Part shown: in pieces, positions 62,931 through 64,000 of the stretch | How the letters are laid out: every line of letters starts with the position of its first letter | Numbering within the stretch: the first letter of the stretch is position 1 | DNA from: an uncultured Gemmatimonadales bacterium | GTDB lineage: Bacteria; Gemmatimonadota; Gemmatimonadetes; Gemmatimonadales; GWC2-71-9 | Assembly: GCA_963762545.1 (NCBI GenBank) | Contig: CAVXLC010000003.1 | Location: 130,967-194,966, forward strand | Direction: 5' to 3' | DNA length: 64,000 bases | Notes under the pieces: model-generated | Told to the model about the DNA's origin: nothing | Databases searched by the model: none | Seen by the model: the letters and a program-made list of their open reading frames with translations, nothing else | Made by a program: the position numbers and the translations under genes

Positions 62931-64000
62931 CCGACGCCCGGCGCTCCCTCCCCTCGGTGGACCGCCTGCTCAACGAGCCGGGCGTCCTGGCGCTGCTGCG
63001 GAGCGCCCCGCGCAATCTCGTGGTCGCGGCGGTGCGCGAGGCGATCGACTCGGCGCGGAAGGGACGCGCCGCGGAGCCGTCGGACTGGGTGGCCGACGTG
63101 GCCGACCGCGTGGCGCGCCGTGCGGCCCCGTCGCTGCACCCGGTGCTCAATGCGACCGGGGTGATCCTCCACACCAATCTCGGGCGCGCCCCGCTGGCCG
63201 CGCGCGCGCTGGACGCCATCCAGGCCGTGGGCGGGGGGTACAGTACCCTGGAATTCGACAGCGCCACCGGTACCCGGGGCAGCCGGGGCGATCACTGCGC
63301 CTCGTTGCTCGCGATGCTCGCCGGCGCCGAGGATGCCCTGGTCGTCAACAACGCCGCCGGCGCGCTGGTCCTTGCCCTCAACGCGGCCTCGGCGGGCCGC
63401 GAGGTGCTGATTTCCCGGGGCGAGCTGATCGAAATTGGTGGGTCCTTCCGGATTCCCGACATTCTGGAGAAGAGCGGCGCCGTTCTCCGTGAGGTGGGCA
63501 CGACCAACCGGACCCACCGGGAGGACTACCGGACGGCGCTTTCGGAGCGCACCGGCGCCATCCTCACCGTGCACCGGTCCAATTTCGAACAGACCGGATT
63601 CGTCGCCACCCCGAACCCCGACGAGCTGGCCCGCCTCGCCCACGCTGCGGGGGTTCCTTATCTCTACGACGTGGGCGGCGGCCTCCTGGCCGATCTCGCC
63701 GCCTGGAGCCTGTCCGGTGAGCCCCGAGTGCCGGATGCCGTCGCCTCGGGAGCCGACCTGGTGCTCTTCAGCGGCGACAAGCTGCTCGGCGGCCCCCAGG
63801 CCGGGTGCCTCGTGGGCCGCGCCGCGCGAGTCGCGGAGGCCCGGCGCAATCCGTTCGCGCGCGCGCTCCGGGCCGACAAGCTGACCCTGGCCGCTCTGGA
63901 AGCCACCCTCTCGCTCTATCACGACCCGGCGCTCGCCATTCGGGAAATTCCGGTGCTCCGGATGCTGACCCTTCCGGCCGACGAGCTGGCGCGCCGTGCC
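62927..64000 (+). CDS. selA: L-seryl-tRNA(Sec) selenium transferase, N-terminal ~358 codons (continues beyond window end)
   Basis: This frame is absent from the ORF track because it runs off the window edge. The ATG at 62927 overlaps the upstream TGA. The translation MTDARRSLPSVDRLL...VLNATGVILHTNLGRA...STLEFDSATGTRGSRGDH...VVNNAAGALVLAL...ISRGELIEIGGSFRIPDIL...EVGTTNRTH...FSGDKLLGGPQAG...RALRADKLTLAALEATLSLY matches E. coli SelA block for block. Confidence 0.9.
   Translation, partial: MTDARRSLPSVDRLLNEPGVLALLRSAPRNLVVAAVREAIDSARKGRAAEPSDWVADVADRVARRAAPSLHPVLNATGVILHTNLGRAPLAARALDAIQAVGGGYSTLEFDSATGTRGSRGDHCASLLAMLAGAEDALVVNNAAGALVLALNAASAGREVLISRGELIEIGGSFRIPDILEKSGAVLREVGTTNRTHREDYRTALSERTGAILTVHRSNFEQTGFVATPNPDELARLAHAAGVPYLYDVGGGLLADLAAWSLSGEPRVPDAVASGADLVLFSGDKLLGGPQAGCLVGRAARVAEARRNPFARALRADKLTLAALEATLSLYHDPALAIREIPVLRMLTLPADELARRA

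Overview
This window is a dense, high-GC bacterial chromosomal segment. Typical 60-nt lines are about 70-75% G+C by hand count (for example 45/60 at 33541-33600). I can support about 58 protein-coding genes, one tRNA-Met and a few RNA or regulatory structures. I saw no rRNA, CRISPR array, transposase, integrase or recognisable phage or defence genes. Many adjacent genes overlap by 4 nt (ATGA, GTGA or TTGA), and the ORF track treats GTG and TTG as start codons. Many long listed ORFs are antisense artefacts of the GC content.

Most of the content is housekeeping:
- Translation and tRNA: tilS, thrS, valS, selA.
- Central and cofactor metabolism: pdxH, fumarylacetoacetase, eno, glyA, rpiB, thiL, nnr, two PlsC-type acyltransferases.
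- A leucine dehydrogenase / 3-hydroxybutyryl-CoA dehydrogenase / thiolase block.
- Cell division: ftsB.
- Envelope, transport and regulation: CDF transporter, MacB-type ABC pump, LytS/LytTR two-component pair, tricorn-like S41 protease, secreted Zn-metalloprotease, Tat-exported Gfo/Idh/MocA oxidoreductase with a DUF1080 protein, a SARP/BTAD-TPR regulator, and an orphan type IV pilin.

The taxon cannot be determined from the sequence. The gene content resembles a Gemmatimonadota- or Acidobacteriota-like soil bacterium, but that is inference only.

The most interesting candidates are:
1. A seven-gene plus-strand operon at 27351-33122. It encodes a Rieske/FMN-reductase fusion, three paralogous Tat-signal proteins with a DsrE/COG1416-like motif order and two invariant cysteines, a Crp/Fnr regulator followed by an FNR-box-like palindrome, a His-rich secreted protein, and a membrane di-iron hydroxylase. 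I cannot match this combination to any characterised pathway.
2. An ATP-grasp-like gene with start/stop overlaps to the transporter genes on both sides, a DAACS symporter and an MHS-type MFS transporter (36132-39861).
3. A visibly AT-richer islet next to tRNA-Met, carrying an exact 19-bp duplicate of the tRNA 3' end (about 41.9-44.1 kb).
4. A structured unit of about 120 nt with a promoter-like element and a strong terminator, upstream of a stress-protein gene (39899-40053).
5. A membrane-anchored protein built from nine cysteine-pair repeats (19729-20988).

All family assignments are motif recognition by eye. No database search was run.
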